A DNA stretch of 64,000 nt from Lachnospiraceae bacterium (GCA_963593385.1 CAVAZS010000001.1:45020-109019); one strand, 5' to 3'; shown: positions 9,186-20,482, counted from the first letter of the stretch. Notes: a model not told the origin generated them from the letters alone. A program made the numbers and translations.

Positions 9186-10203
9186 TTTTATTTTCATTAT
9201 ATTCTTTAAAACTCATTCCTTTATCATGCATATCTTTTGCTACATCTATGCCTACATAACGATAATGATAACTTTCTACTTCATGATCAGTATTACTTTC
9301 ATCATATGTTTGAACAAAGCCAAATTCCCATGCATGATTTTTTAACCATTCTGCTTGTTCACTTAAGCTAAAGCTATCATCTAGTAAACCATTTACTGAA
9401 AAATCTATAGCTAATCCTAATTGATGTTCATCATGCCCAGGTTTACTTACAATTCTACTTGCATCATCACCTAGTTCAGATTTTGCATCTTCATATAGAA
9501 TCTTTTGACTTTCATAAGAAATATAACCGCTAGTTACGACTAATCCACCACAACCGTTAGAATTTTCAATATCGTTATTTATTGAATTACATAATTCTAA
9601 TAATGGTTCCTGTACTCTTTCATTCACTAATATTGTATAGCTACTAGGAATTTGTTCATTTAATTCTTGTAAGTTATTTGGAATACGTGTACTAACTGTA
9701 TGAGTATCATCTAAATAAACATCTGAAAAATTAGCATTTTCTACAAGCTCTGAATTTTCACTATAAACATCACTTTTTGTTAAATATGCTTCAATATCAT
9801 CAAAAGAATAATGTTCTAGATATTTTGCTAGAGTATCTACATCCATATAATCTCTAGTCTTTTCAACCATTTCTACTATATGATCTGGTGTTTCCATCCA
9901 CATTACTTCACTTAATTTTTTATATTCGATAGAATGATAAATATTAAAATCATCTGCTTTAATAAAAGAAATAAATACATTTGGTGCAATCGAATATTCA
10001 ATAATATAATCTATTTCCTCTTTATTTAAATATTCTTTAATTAACGTTCTACTTCTTTCATCTTTATAAGGATAACGTGCTAATTCATCATAATGAATAT
10101 TCATTATGGATAAGCAAGTTATGGAAATACATATAATGGATAATACAAAAATGGCAGTCCATTTCTTTCTTGGTTTTTCACTTAATAATTCTACTGTTTT
10201 CAT
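9181..10203 (-). CDS. Membrane-anchored M15 (VanY/LdcB-like) peptidoglycan carboxypeptidase
   Basis: N-terminal TM helix; PGHDEHQLGLAID and ESYHYRYVG zinc motifs; WLKNHAWEFGF. Confidence 0.8.
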   Translation of the reverse strand: MKTVELLSEKPRKKWTAIFVLSIICISITCLSIMNIHYDELARYPYKDERSRTLIKEYLNKEEIDYIIEYSIAPNVFISFIKADDFNIYHSIEYKKLSEVMWMETPDHIVEMVEKTRDYMDVDTLAKYLEHYSFDDIEAYLTKSDVYSENSELVENANFSDVYLDDTHTVSTRIPNNLQELNEQIPSSYTILVNERVQEPLLELCNSINNDIENSNGCGGLVVTSGYISYESQKILYEDAKSELGDDASRIVSKPGHDEHQLGLAIDFSVNGLLDDSFSLSEQAEWLKNHAWEFGFVQTYDESNTDHEVESYHYRYVGIDVAKDMHDKGMSFKEYNENKK

Positions 10204-10220
10204 AATCGCTATCTATTATA

Positions 10221-11981
10221 TCATTCTTGCATATGTAATGCTTCATATACTTTTTCTGCAGTTTCTTTTGGCACTACTTTCGCTATCTCTTCTATTGAAG
10301 CTGTTTTTAAATTGGTAAAATTGCCAAAAGATTTAAGTAATAATTTCTTTCTCTTTGGTCCAATGCCTTCAATTTCATCTAATATAGACTTAGTTTGTGC
10401 CTTTGTACGTAATTTACGATGATAAGAAATCGCTACACGATGTACCTCATCTTGCATACGTGTTAATAAGAAAAATAAAGAACTATTCTTATCAATTTCA
10501 AAAAGCTCACCATCTTCATCCATCAAAGCATTTGTATTATGATGATCATCTTTTACAAGCCCCATAATCTTTATATCAAGTCCTAATGAATCGATAATTT
10601 CTTTAGCCGCATGAATTTGTGGAGCACCACCATCCACTATAACACCATCTGGTTTATGACCATTTTCACTTAATAAACGAAAATATCTTCGATAGATTAC
10701 TTCTTTCATCGAATCAAAATCCGAGTTACCTGTATGCAATTTAAATAAGCGATAATCTTTCTTTTGAGGATATCCATCTTCATATACAACACATGACGCA
10801 ACAGTGAATTGACCACTAATATGGCTATTATCAAATAATTCAACACGATTCATTGGATGTCTTGCCAAAGTAGATAATAGTTCTACAGCCTTAGCAATCT
10901 CTGTATCTTGTTTTTCCGCTGCTTCAAATTTTTGATTTAGTTGCTTTTTCGCATTATCAATACACATATCAATTAATTTTTGACGATATCCTTTTTGTGG
11001 CAAAAAGATTTTCATATCTAATACTTCTTCTAGCATTGTAATGTCTGTATCACTAGGTAATACTAATTCACTTGCTTTAGGGTGTTCGTCATAATATTGC
11101 ACAATAAAATTAATAAATGTTTCTGAAGGATCATCATATAAAGGTCTTAAGCGATATTCTTTTGATAATATCGTACCATTTCTCACTAAGAAACCAGCAA
11201 TTGCGATATATCCTTTATCACAATAATAAGCAAATGCATCTTTACTTCCCCTTTGATCCATTTCAATCATTTGTTTATCTACTACTCGATCAATCGATTC
11301 AATGAGTCTTTTATATTCACTTGCTTTTTCAAAAGCTAGATTTTCACTAGCTTCATACATTTTCTTTTTTAAATCTTCTTTGATTTCTTTTGTATCACCA
11401 TTTAGAAAACGAGTGACATTTTCATTCATATTCGTATATGTATCTTCTGCTATATCTTTTTCACAAGGCCCTAAGCATTGTCCCATATGGTAATACAAAC
11501 AGACTTTATTTGGCATTCGATCACATCTTCTATATGGATATAAAGATTGTAACAATTTTTGGGTATCACGTGCTGCTGTAGCGTCAGGAAATGGTCCAAA
11601 ATATTTAGCATGCTTATCTTTTTTTGTATCTCTAGCAATCAATAAACGAGGATATTTCTCTTTTGTTAATTTGATATACGGATAGCTAGAATCATCAATA
11701 AACATGATGTTATATTTAGGACGATATTTCTTAATTAAATTAATTTCTAGTACAAGTGCTTCCTTTTCAGAACTAGTCACTATATAGTCAAAATCTTCAA
11801 TATTGGAAACCATTTTAGTCGTCTTAAAATCATGTGCACCAACAAAGTATTGATTCACACGGTTATGAAGATTCTTTGCTTTACCAACATAAATGATTTC
11901 ACCACTCTTATCTTTCATTTGATAAGAACCTGGTTCATTTGGTAAAGTTGCTAATTTTGCTTTGATATATTCTTTATTCAT
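10221..11981 (-). CDS. uvrC: Excinuclease ABC subunit C
   Basis: GIY-YIG (IIYVGKAKNL), FDNSHISG, VDGG, QDEVHR, HhH GIGPKR. Confidence 0.97.
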   Translation of the reverse strand: MNKEYIKAKLATLPNEPGSYQMKDKSGEIIYVGKAKNLHNRVNQYFVGAHDFKTTKMVSNIEDFDYIVTSSEKEALVLEINLIKKYRPKYNIMFIDDSSYPYIKLTKEKYPRLLIARDTKKDKHAKYFGPFPDATAARDTQKLLQSLYPYRRCDRMPNKVCLYYHMGQCLGPCEKDIAEDTYTNMNENVTRFLNGDTKEIKEDLKKKMYEASENLAFEKASEYKRLIESIDRVVDKQMIEMDQRGSKDAFAYYCDKGYIAIAGFLVRNGTILSKEYRLRPLYDDPSETFINFIVQYYDEHPKASELVLPSDTDITMLEEVLDMKIFLPQKGYRQKLIDMCIDNAKKQLNQKFEAAEKQDTEIAKAVELLSTLARHPMNRVELFDNSHISGQFTVASCVVYEDGYPQKKDYRLFKLHTGNSDFDSMKEVIYRRYFRLLSENGHKPDGVIVDGGAPQIHAAKEIIDSLGLDIKIMGLVKDDHHNTNALMDEDGELFEIDKNSSLFFLLTRMQDEVHRVAISYHRKLRTKAQTKSILDEIEGIGPKRKKLLLKSFGNFTNLKTASIEEIAKVVPKETAEKVYEALHMQE

Positions 11982-14287
11982 TTTTTCATTTCCACAACTG
12001 TTGCACCAGTACCACCTTCTTGAGGCATACCAATACGATAGCTATCTACATATTTATTTCTTTTTAAACGATCTTGTACAGCTTTTCTTAATGCACCACT
12101 TCCATCACCATGAATAATTCTAAAAGAAGTTAAACCATGAAGCCTTGCTTGATCCATATAATCATCAAATTTATCCATAGCTTCATCTACATGTAAACCA
12201 ATAAGATTACATTCTAAAGGCATACTAGAATAAATATTATGATTTCTAACTGTTACAATCGTTTCATTTTTTTCTTTTGGTAACATTTTCAAACTATGAC
12301 GAATCTGATTCTTTTTTACATGAAGTTCTCTGCCATTTAATGAAATGACAATATCTTTTTTTCTAATTTCTAAGATACGAGCGATTTGATTACTTGATAC
12401 AAGTTCAACTACATCTCCTACTTCAAACTCTTCATGGTCATTACTAGGAATGATTTCATTTTCTTCACTCGCTTTTAATTTATTTCTTGTATTTAATACT
12501 TCATGATATTTAGCATGTTTTTGTTTACGCATTTCTTGAAGAATTTCATCTGCCTCTAATTTTGCTTGCTCAATATATTTTTGAGCTTCTTCTTCAGCGT
12601 TTTGTTTCCAACGAGATTTCTCTATCTCATAATTTTTACGATCTAGTTCTAATTGTTTTGTTTTCTTTTCTAGTTCTTCAAGCTTTTGTTTGTATTCTTC
12701 TTCTTTTTTCTGGGCTTCTTTTAATTCAGCATCTAAGGTTTCAATTAACTTATCTTCTTGTGTTTTGGCTTGTCCCTTTAAAAAACGAGCATAATTTACA
12801 ATATTTTTAGGCAAACCATATCTTAAAGCAACTTCAAAAGCATTACTTTGTCCTGTAACACCTTCAAAATAACGATATGTAGGTTGTAACTTTTGCATAT
12901 CAAATTCAACACTGGCAAGTAAGATATCATCGTGCCTTTTTCCATATGCTTTTAAACGGCTATAGTGCGTTGTTGCTACAGTCATTGTTCCTCTATTCCT
13001 TAATTCATTTAATAATGAAATAGCCAAACTTTCACCTTCTTGAGGATCTGTACCAGAACCAACTTCATCTAATAAAACTAATGAATCTTTTGTCGCATAT
13101 CGAGCTACTTCTGCTTGTTTTTTTGTATGTGCACTAAAAGAACTTAACGAAGAAACTACACTTTGATCATCGCCAATATCCGCAAATACTCTATCAAAAA
13201 ATGGTATTGTCGCTTCATCTGCAGTAATTGGTAATCCACAATAAGTCATTAATGTAAATAAGCCAAAAATCTTCATTGATACTGTCTTACCACCTGTATT
13301 AGGTCCTGTAATTAATAACACTTTTTTAGGCTCTTCTAAATGATATGTATTTGCGACTACTTTTTCTTGGTCAATCAAAGGATGTCTTGCTTTAATCAAT
13401 TCAATCTTTTTTTCTTCACTTAATTTACTTACAACAGCATTTCTTTGTTTACCCCATTCTGCTTTAGCAAATAAAGCATCTAATAAAGCACAAGTTTCTA
13501 AGTTTGCTAGTTCTTCTTCACTAACATCTTTTACAGCATTAGTACATTCTCTTAATATCTTAGCAATTTCATCTTGTTCTTCAGATAATAATTCTTGTTT
13601 ATGATTATTTGCTTTAACAACGCTTGCTGGTTCTATGTAGCTTGCTTGACCACTAGCAGAATCTCCATATACTAAGCCACCAAATGTATTCTTTTCACTA
13701 GCTTTTACTAGAACTACAGAACGTCCATTTCTTGTTGTAACAATTCCATCTACAACACTATTAGAATGACTAGCAATAAATTTATTCATTGCGTCTAGTA
13801 TGGCATTATCTGCCCTTCTTAATTCACCACGGATTCTTGCAAGTTTTTCACTAGCATGATCCATCACTTCGCCATAATCATTAATACATATTGTAATCTT
13901 TGAATATGTTTTTTGATGATATGTTAATGAATCAAAATAATCTTTAGTAGCAGGATGATCAAAATCAATCGTTTTTTCAAAATCGATTAGTCCTTTAACA
14001 CCTTGAATAAAATGTGCAATTTCAATTAAATCAGATCCTGTAAGTGTTCTACCTTTTAAAGCTAAATTCAAATGTTCTGATATATCCCGAATTCCTAAAA
14101 AAGGAACAGAACCAAAACGAATAACAATTCTTAATGCTTCACGAATTAATTCATTTTCTCTTTTGATAATTAAACGATCATAAGTTGGTTTCATCTCTCG
14201 TATATTCTTTTTGCCCAAAGAAAAAACACATAGATTTTCTACTTCACTAATGATAACATCCAATTCTAGACTTTTTTCTAAACTCAT
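11978..14287 (-). CDS. mutS2: Endonuclease MutS2
   Basis: ITGPNTGGKT, ADIGDDQS, LLDEVGSGTDP, C-terminal Smr IIHGDGSGALR. Confidence 0.95.
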   Translation of the reverse strand: MSLEKSLELDVIISEVENLCVFSLGKKNIREMKPTYDRLIIKRENELIREALRIVIRFGSVPFLGIRDISEHLNLALKGRTLTGSDLIEIAHFIQGVKGLIDFEKTIDFDHPATKDYFDSLTYHQKTYSKITICINDYGEVMDHASEKLARIRGELRRADNAILDAMNKFIASHSNSVVDGIVTTRNGRSVVLVKASEKNTFGGLVYGDSASGQASYIEPASVVKANNHKQELLSEEQDEIAKILRECTNAVKDVSEEELANLETCALLDALFAKAEWGKQRNAVVSKLSEEKKIELIKARHPLIDQEKVVANTYHLEEPKKVLLITGPNTGGKTVSMKIFGLFTLMTYCGLPITADEATIPFFDRVFADIGDDQSVVSSLSSFSAHTKKQAEVARYATKDSLVLLDEVGSGTDPQEGESLAISLLNELRNRGTMTVATTHYSRLKAYGKRHDDILLASVEFDMQKLQPTYRYFEGVTGQSNAFEVALRYGLPKNIVNYARFLKGQAKTQEDKLIETLDAELKEAQKKEEEYKQKLEELEKKTKQLELDRKNYEIEKSRWKQNAEEEAQKYIEQAKLEADEILQEMRKQKHAKYHEVLNTRNKLKASEENEIIPSNDHEEFEVGDVVELVSSNQIARILEIRKKDIVISLNGRELHVKKNQIRHSLKMLPKEKNETIVTVRNHNIYSSMPLECNLIGLHVDEAMDKFDDYMDQARLHGLTSFRIIHGDGSGALRKAVQDRLKRNKYVDSYRIGMPQEGGTGATVVEMKK

Positions 14288-14288
14288 A

Positions 14289-14939
14289 TTAATTACTCTT
14301 ATCTGTATATCCTTGGTCTTCTAACCAATCCATAATCGTATTTTTATCACTATCAGGAATATCTTTTACCTTTTCATAAATATCATTCACAATATCATTT
14401 GATTCTGTAGATACGCCTAGTAACTCGCAACCTTTAATTGCTGTATCATTGACTGTACTTAACCAAGATTTCTTATATATACTACTACCATTAGAAAAAA
14501 TAGGTGTCTTAATTACAGTGCAAATTACAACAATCCATATCGTAGCAGTTAATAAACCAAATAGACCCCCAAGAAAAGAACTAATAGATTTAATCCCTGG
14601 CACTTTTTGTATTCCATCAAAGAATTTGCCTAGTAAGAAAAAGATAATCTTACATACAACAAATAAAATCACAAACCAAGCAATACGGTTAGCTACCGAA
14701 TATATTTCACTAGCAAATATTGTCTCTTGAAAAGGAACAAATGATTTAGGAATCACCTTAAAATAACTGCTCCCTATATCTGAATAACGCCATGCAACAA
14801 AGAATGAAACTAATGTTCCAAATAAATCAATTAATTGACGGAAGAAGCCATTTTTAGAGCCTCTAAAGCACTCAATACAATAAAATACTACTATAGCTAT
14901 ATTAATGAAAAATATATATTTTTCTGGAATTGAAATCAT
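14289..14939 (-). CDS. CvpA-family membrane protein
   Basis: G..NGFFRQLI motif, four hydrophobic segments, LGGLFG; synteny with mutS2/rnhC. Confidence 0.8.
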   Translation of the reverse strand: MISIPEKYIFFINIAIVVFYCIECFRGSKNGFFRQLIDLFGTLVSFFVAWRYSDIGSSYFKVIPKSFVPFQETIFASEIYSVANRIAWFVILFVVCKIIFFLLGKFFDGIQKVPGIKSISSFLGGLFGLLTATIWIVVICTVIKTPIFSNGSSIYKKSWLSTVNDTAIKGCELLGVSTESNDIVNDIYEKVKDIPDSDKNTIMDWLEDQGYTDKSN

Positions 14940-15012
14940 GATAACCCTCTTTCTATGTGTTTTATGTTAACGAGAATTCTATTTTTTATCAATATCGTGA
15001 TAGGATATTAAC

Positions 15013-15864
15013 ATGTCAAATCAAATTATTACACTAAAACTAAATGAAACACAAATTAAAAAACTAGAACAAACTTTTCATGAGTCTAAAGCAAGTAAGA
15101 CACCACCTTACGCATATTATCAATTAAAATGTGAAGATTGTGTTATTACCGCTTATACAAGTGGTAAGGTTGTATTCCAAGGAAAAGATGCTGAAATCTA
15201 CGCATCTTCTTTTATGCCAAAAACAGAAGTTACAATACCTCAAGCTGGTAGTGATGAAGTAGGAACAGGAGATTATTTTGGACCAGTAGTTGTATGTGCT
15301 TCCTATGTTGATGAAAAAGTTATTAACTTAATTCAATCGTTAAATGTAAGAGATTCTAAAGCATTAACAGATAAAGAAATACGTTCTATTGCCCCAATAT
15401 TAAAAGAAAATGTTATTCATAGTACATTAATCTTAATGCCTAGTAAATATAACATTGTACATGAAACAACAAATCTAAATGCTATTAAAGCAAAAATGCA
15501 TAATCAAGCTTATGTGAATTTGAGTAAGAAAGTTAAACTACCTGATTTTAAAATTATTGATCAATTCGCCCCAGAGCCATTATATTATCGCTATTTAAGT
15601 CATGATTCTATCGTAATAAGAGATATTCACTTCGAAACAAAAGCAGAAGATAAATACCCTTCTGTCGCAATTAGCAGTATGATTGCACGTGATGCTTTCT
15701 TAGATGCCATGGATAAAATGAGTGCAGCTTACGATATGACCTTCCAAAAAGGCGGCGGCACACAAGCTGATGAATGTGCAAAAGAATTTGTTCAAAAATA
15801 TTCTTTTGAGCGATTACATGAAGTTGCTAAAATGCACTTCAAAAATACAGAAAAGCTCAAATAA
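15013..15864 (+). CDS. rnhC: Ribonuclease HIII
   Basis: N-terminal TBP-like domain (AYTSGKVVFQG), GSDEVGTGDYFGP, DSKAL, AKMHFKNT. Confidence 0.95.
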   Translation: MSNQIITLKLNETQIKKLEQTFHESKASKTPPYAYYQLKCEDCVITAYTSGKVVFQGKDAEIYASSFMPKTEVTIPQAGSDEVGTGDYFGPVVVCASYVDEKVINLIQSLNVRDSKALTDKEIRSIAPILKENVIHSTLILMPSKYNIVHETTNLNAIKAKMHNQAYVNLSKKVKLPDFKIIDQFAPEPLYYRYLSHDSIVIRDIHFETKAEDKYPSVAISSMIARDAFLDAMDKMSAAYDMTFQKGGGTQADECAKEFVQKYSFERLHEVAKMHFKNTEKLK

Positions 15865-15875
15865 CTAGAAATTTT

Positions 15876-15915
15876 AGGAATTTCAAACATTTTTATTGTT
15901 TGAAATCCCTTTTTT
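15876..15915 (+). terminator. Intrinsic terminator of rnhC
   Basis: AGGAATTTCAAACA...TGTTTGAAATCCCT followed by a T-run. Confidence 0.7.
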
Positions 15916-15965
15916 CTTCACTTTCTAAAAAATACTATGCATTATTGTGCATAGTACCTTTATTA

Positions 15966-16460
15966 TTAGATTTCTGTATTTTTTATCTTTTCTACAGATA
16001 ATTTAATTGTATTTTCAAGTTGAACGAGTTCTACACCAGCTGCTTCAAGCATCTTTTTACTTGCTTGAGTTGTTTCTGTATGAGCATATTTATCTGATTC
16101 ATATACAATTTTCTTTATACCAGATTGAATAATTGCTTTAGCACATTCATTACATGGAAATAAAGAAACATAAATCGTACAACCACTAACTGATCTAGGG
16201 CTATTTAGTATTGCATTTAATTCAGCATGTACAACAAAGGCATATTTACTTGATAATACTCCTCCTTCTCTTGACCAAGGAAATTCATCATCACTGCATC
16301 CTTTAGGAAATCCATTATAGCCAACTGATACTACACGATGATTTTCATCTACAATTGCCGCACCTACTTGTGTGTTAGGATCTTTTGATCTTAAAGCACT
16401 CAAATGAGCTAATCCCATAAAATATTCATCCCAAGTTAATGTATTTTCTCTTTTATCCAT
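15966..16460 (-). CDS. dCMP deaminase (ComEB family)
   Basis: RSKDPNTQVGA, GYNGFP, HAELNAI, PCNEC zinc motifs. Confidence 0.92.
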   Translation of the reverse strand: MDKRENTLTWDEYFMGLAHLSALRSKDPNTQVGAAIVDENHRVVSVGYNGFPKGCSDDEFPWSREGGVLSSKYAFVVHAELNAILNSPRSVSGCTIYVSLFPCNECAKAIIQSGIKKIVYESDKYAHTETTQASKKMLEAAGVELVQLENTIKLSVEKIKNTEI

Positions 16461-16469
16461 ATAATCCTC

Positions 16470-17267
16470 CTAATAAATGTAATAATGAAGTACAGGTTCA
16501 TCATATAACGCTTCTAATTTATCACATAAGAAATCAGCATAAAATCCTAATCCATGATCTTTTTCAAATTGTAATAAATTTATATCTGTTCCTAAATATA
16601 TTTCACTAGTAGGAATCTTTCTTTTTGTAAATGCAAAACCACAAACTAATAGAAATAAACTAATTGTACAAATTTGATAATTTCTTTGTAATTTACGATC
16701 ATGAGAATAAACATCAAATGTATAACTTAGTAAGATACCCATTAAGAAACCACCAAAATGAGCAAGTACACCAATACCTGGCACAAAGTTAATCATTAAA
16801 TTAATCACTAATGTTGAGATTAAGCTATTCCTGATAGCTGGATTTTGAATTGCACCACTTTTGATAATCATCATGATTTCTACAGCCATTAAGCCATACA
16901 AACCACCAGATAGTCCTACTAAAACAATATTTCCTTCACCAATAAAAGAAACTAAACTTCCTGTAATCGTACATAAAATTAATATTAATGCATATCTTAA
17001 ACTACCATAGTATTTTTCTAGAATTGATCCTAAGTTATATAAAGCAACCATATTCATAAATAGATGCCATAAATCAACATGAACTAGTCCAACAGTTAGT
17101 AGACGCCATACTTCAAAAGCAGAAATAAAAGCTTTATAGTATGCCCCAAAAAGAATAGCTGCTTCAGTTGTAGTTAAGCCAAGAGGTAAATAATTAATGC
17201 ATAAAAATATAATGACGCATATACCGATTACAGTATATGTCACAGGCATTTTCTTAAAAGAAATCAT
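16470..17267 (-). CDS. Rhomboid intramembrane serine protease
   Basis: WRLLT, HLFMNM, GLSG catalytic Ser, AHFGG catalytic His. Confidence 0.9.
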   Translation of the reverse strand: MISFKKMPVTYTVIGICVIIFLCINYLPLGLTTTEAAILFGAYYKAFISAFEVWRLLTVGLVHVDLWHLFMNMVALYNLGSILEKYYGSLRYALILILCTITGSLVSFIGEGNIVLVGLSGGLYGLMAVEIMMIIKSGAIQNPAIRNSLISTLVINLMINFVPGIGVLAHFGGFLMGILLSYTFDVYSHDRKLQRNYQICTISLFLLVCGFAFTKRKIPTSEIYLGTDINLLQFEKDHGLGFYADFLCDKLEALYDEPVLHYYIY

Positions 17268-18178
17268 TGTTCACTTTCCTTACGTAAGATATCTAATAAT
17301 TCATTGAAGTAATCTGGTAATGGTGCTTCGATTGTCATTTCTTTTTGTGTTCTAGGATGAATAAATGTAATCTTATATGCATGTAAAACTTGTCCATTTG
17401 TATTCATATAAGAACATTTCTTTCCATACTTTTCATCTCCCATTACAGGATGATTAATGTATTTCATATGAACACGTATTTGATGTGTACGCCCTGTTTC
17501 TAATGCACATTCAATATAAGTACTTTTACCAAAACGTTCTAATACTTGAAAATGTGTTCTAGCATCTCGACTACCTTTATCTGTTACTGTCATCTTTTGA
17601 CGGTCCCTAGCATCTCTTCCAATAGGAGCGTCTATCATACCATTATCATGAACAATATTACCCATTACAATTGCTCGATACTCTCTATGACATGTTTTTG
17701 TCTCTAGTTGTTTAGCAATTTCTACATGGGTAAAATCATTCTTACAAGCAATAATACAACCTGTTGTATCTTTATCTATACGATGAACAATACCAGGTCT
17801 TAATACACCATTAATACCAGATAAATCTTTACAATGATATAACAATGCATTAACAAGTGTTCCTGTATAAATCCCACTAGCAGGATGAACAATCATTCCT
17901 TTAGGTTTATTGATTACGATTAAATCACTATCTTCATAAAGAATATCTAACGGAATATTTTCAGGTTTAGTTTCTAAATTTTCCATTTCTGGAACTTGCA
18001 CATTAATTTCATCATTTAATGAAACTTTATAACTACTTTTCACCACTTTTCCATTAACCGTGATTTTTCCTTCTTCTGATAATTTTTGAATAAATGATCT
18101 AGATAAATCAGAATGAGAACTTAAATAACGATCAATTCTAATATTTTCTTCTTCGCAAATTAAATTTAAATTATCCAT
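17264..18178 (-). CDS. rluD: RluA/RluD-family 23S rRNA pseudouridine synthase
   Basis: S4 domain, HRIDKDTTG catalytic Asp, ETGRTHQIRVH; follows lspA; start 18178 or 18190. Confidence 0.9.
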   Translation of the reverse strand: MDNLNLICEEENIRIDRYLSSHSDLSRSFIQKLSEEGKITVNGKVVKSSYKVSLNDEINVQVPEMENLETKPENIPLDILYEDSDLIVINKPKGMIVHPASGIYTGTLVNALLYHCKDLSGINGVLRPGIVHRIDKDTTGCIIACKNDFTHVEIAKQLETKTCHREYRAIVMGNIVHDNGMIDAPIGRDARDRQKMTVTDKGSRDARTHFQVLERFGKSTYIECALETGRTHQIRVHMKYINHPVMGDEKYGKKCSYMNTNGQVLHAYKITFIHPRTQKEMTIEAPLPDYFNELLDILRKESEQ

Positions 18179-18635
18179 TCTTTTTCTCATTCCTTTCTTC
18201 TAGTAACATTAAAATTAATAATAATCCTACACCAATGCATAGTGCTGAATCAGCGATATTAAATACTGGAAAGTTATATCCAAATGGATAAGTATCGATA
18301 AAGTCACGTACATATCCTAAAATACAACGATCATATAAATTACCTAATGCACCAGATATCATTAACGCTAATGCAATACAATATGGTTTATTCTTTTCTT
18401 TCTTCATTTTAATAAAGAAATATACTAATACGCATGTTTCAATTACCCCAATAACAATCAAAAAGATTCTTTTTCCTGATAACATACTCCAAGCAACACC
18501 TGTGTTTTTTACATATGTGATATATAAAAAATTAGGTATTAATTCAATTTGACCATGTAAGCTAGGCGTATATTGAATATAATATTTTGATGCTTGATCA
18601 AGTATAAATACAACAATCATAATCAAGTAATACAT
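18171..18635 (-). CDS. lspA: Lipoprotein signal peptidase II
   Basis: DQASK, NTGVAWS, GALGNLYDR, VRDFI, FNIAD motifs. Confidence 0.95.
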   Translation of the reverse strand: MYYLIMIVVFILDQASKYYIQYTPSLHGQIELIPNFLYITYVKNTGVAWSMLSGKRIFLIVIGVIETCVLVYFFIKMKKEKNKPYCIALALMISGALGNLYDRCILGYVRDFIDTYPFGYNFPVFNIADSALCIGVGLLLILMLLEERNEKKNG

Positions 18636-18637
18636 AA

Positions 18638-20482
18638 TTAACCTCTTTCTCCCATTAATTCTTTTTCTTTATCTTCAATAAATTGATTTGTATATAAACG
18701 ATAATAATATCCTTTACTAGCTAATAATTCTAAATGGGTTCCTTGCTCGACTATTTTACCATGTCGAATAACTAATATCTTATCCGCATTTACGATTGTT
18801 GACAAACGGTGAGCGACAATAAATGTTGTTCTACCTTTTTTCACTTTATCAATCGTTTCTTGTATTACTTGTTCTGTTTCCGTATCTACCGAAGAAGTTG
18901 CCTCATCTAGAATAAAGATAGATGGATTAGAAATTACTGCTCTAGCAAAAGATATTAATTGTTTTTGACCAGTAGATAATCTACTACCACCTTCACCAAC
19001 ATCTGTATCATAGCCTTTTTCTAATTCGATAATAAATTTATGTGCATCAACTAATTTTGCGGCACGAATAATATCTTCATCTGTTGCGTCTAAATTACCA
19101 AAGCGAATATTATCTTTAATTGTTCCACTAAAAAGAAATGGTGATTGTAAAACATATCCTATATGACTATGTAACCATCCAATAGAACGCATACGATAAT
19201 CTATACCATCTATTAATACTTCCCCTTTTACTGGCTCATAAAAGCGACATAATAAGTTAATAATCGTACTTTTACCTGAACCCGTTTCACCTACTAGTGC
19301 AATTGTTTCTCCAGCATTCACTTTAAGATTAAAGTCTTTTAAAATATATTGATCTTGAAGATAGTAAAAATCTATATTTTTAAATTCAATATTACCGATT
19401 AATTTTTCATAGTTTTCTGTTTTCGGTTCAAAGATTGTACCATATTTCTTGATTACTTCATCTGAATCCACGATTTTAGGTTCTTCATCATAAAGAGATA
19501 ATACTCTTTCTGCACTAGCTTGAGCCATTTGTAATTCAGCAAATAAACTTGCGATTTGATTTAATGGATCAAAGAATTGTCGAGCATATTCAGTAAACAT
19601 CATCAAAGTTCCAAATCCTAATACCCCAGCTAATACTTTATTACCACCATAAACTAAAATAAATGATAAAGATAAAGAACTTAATGAAAATACAATAGGA
19701 TAAAACATAGATGATAGTTTAGAAGCTTTAATACTAGCTTTACGCATGTTAGATGTATGCTCATTAAATTCTTTGAAATTTACATCTTCTAAAACGAGTG
19801 TCTTTGTTGTCTTAGCACCCATGATTCCTTCATTAAAACCATTAGTAATCTTCGAATTAATCTTTCTTACATCTCGATAATTTTTAAGTATTTTTAGATT
19901 AAAATATCTAGTAATCAAAGCAAGCACCGGAACAATAACAAGTACCATAATTGCTAGTTTTACATTCACTGTAAACATAACAATAACTGATCCTAGCATG
20001 ACACTAATTCCCCAAAATAAGTCCATAAGTGACCAACTTAAAATTTCAGATAATCGCGTTACATCACTTGTTAATCTAGATAATAACCATCCTGCTGGAG
20101 TTACATCAAAATAGGAATAAGATAAAGATTGTAATTTTTCAAATAAACTCTTTCGCATTTCATATGCTGTATCCATTTCCATATGTCCTGCTAACATAAA
20201 ATAGTTATAGACACATATTGCTTGCACTAAAGCACATCCAATAAATACAATCATAAAGATTCGTAATTCTTGTTTTGTTCCAACACCTGTCGCAAATGTA
20301 TCAATCGCTACCTTGTTGAGATATGGTATAGCAACATCAAATATAGCAATAACAGAATTTAATATCGCTAATTTAACAAAACGATGTTTTTGATTTTTAA
20401 GTAATCCTAATATTCTCTTCCATAAAGCAAGATCAAAAGAATCTGTATTATATGTTTTTTCTTCAAAACGAACTACTGTCAT
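18638..20482 (-). CDS. ABC exporter, fused permease/ATPase (heterodimer half)
   Basis: TM domain then GETGSGKS, LSTGQKQ, LDEATS. Confidence 0.9.
   Translation of the reverse strand: MTVVRFEEKTYNTDSFDLALWKRILGLLKNQKHRFVKLAILNSVIAIFDVAIPYLNKVAIDTFATGVGTKQELRIFMIVFIGCALVQAICVYNYFMLAGHMEMDTAYEMRKSLFEKLQSLSYSYFDVTPAGWLLSRLTSDVTRLSEILSWSLMDLFWGISVMLGSVIVMFTVNVKLAIMVLVIVPVLALITRYFNLKILKNYRDVRKINSKITNGFNEGIMGAKTTKTLVLEDVNFKEFNEHTSNMRKASIKASKLSSMFYPIVFSLSSLSLSFILVYGGNKVLAGVLGFGTLMMFTEYARQFFDPLNQIASLFAELQMAQASAERVLSLYDEEPKIVDSDEVIKKYGTIFEPKTENYEKLIGNIEFKNIDFYYLQDQYILKDFNLKVNAGETIALVGETGSGKSTIINLLCRFYEPVKGEVLIDGIDYRMRSIGWLHSHIGYVLQSPFLFSGTIKDNIRFGNLDATDEDIIRAAKLVDAHKFIIELEKGYDTDVGEGGSRLSTGQKQLISFARAVISNPSIFILDEATSSVDTETEQVIQETIDKVKKGRTTFIVAHRLSTIVNADKILVIRHGKIVEQGTHLELLASKGYYYRLYTNQFIEDKEKELMGERG

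Noticed and set aside
14945..14972. TTATGTTAAC resembling the XerD arm of dif
   Set aside because: No XerC-like left arm at 6-bp spacing; lies in an ordinary divergent promoter region
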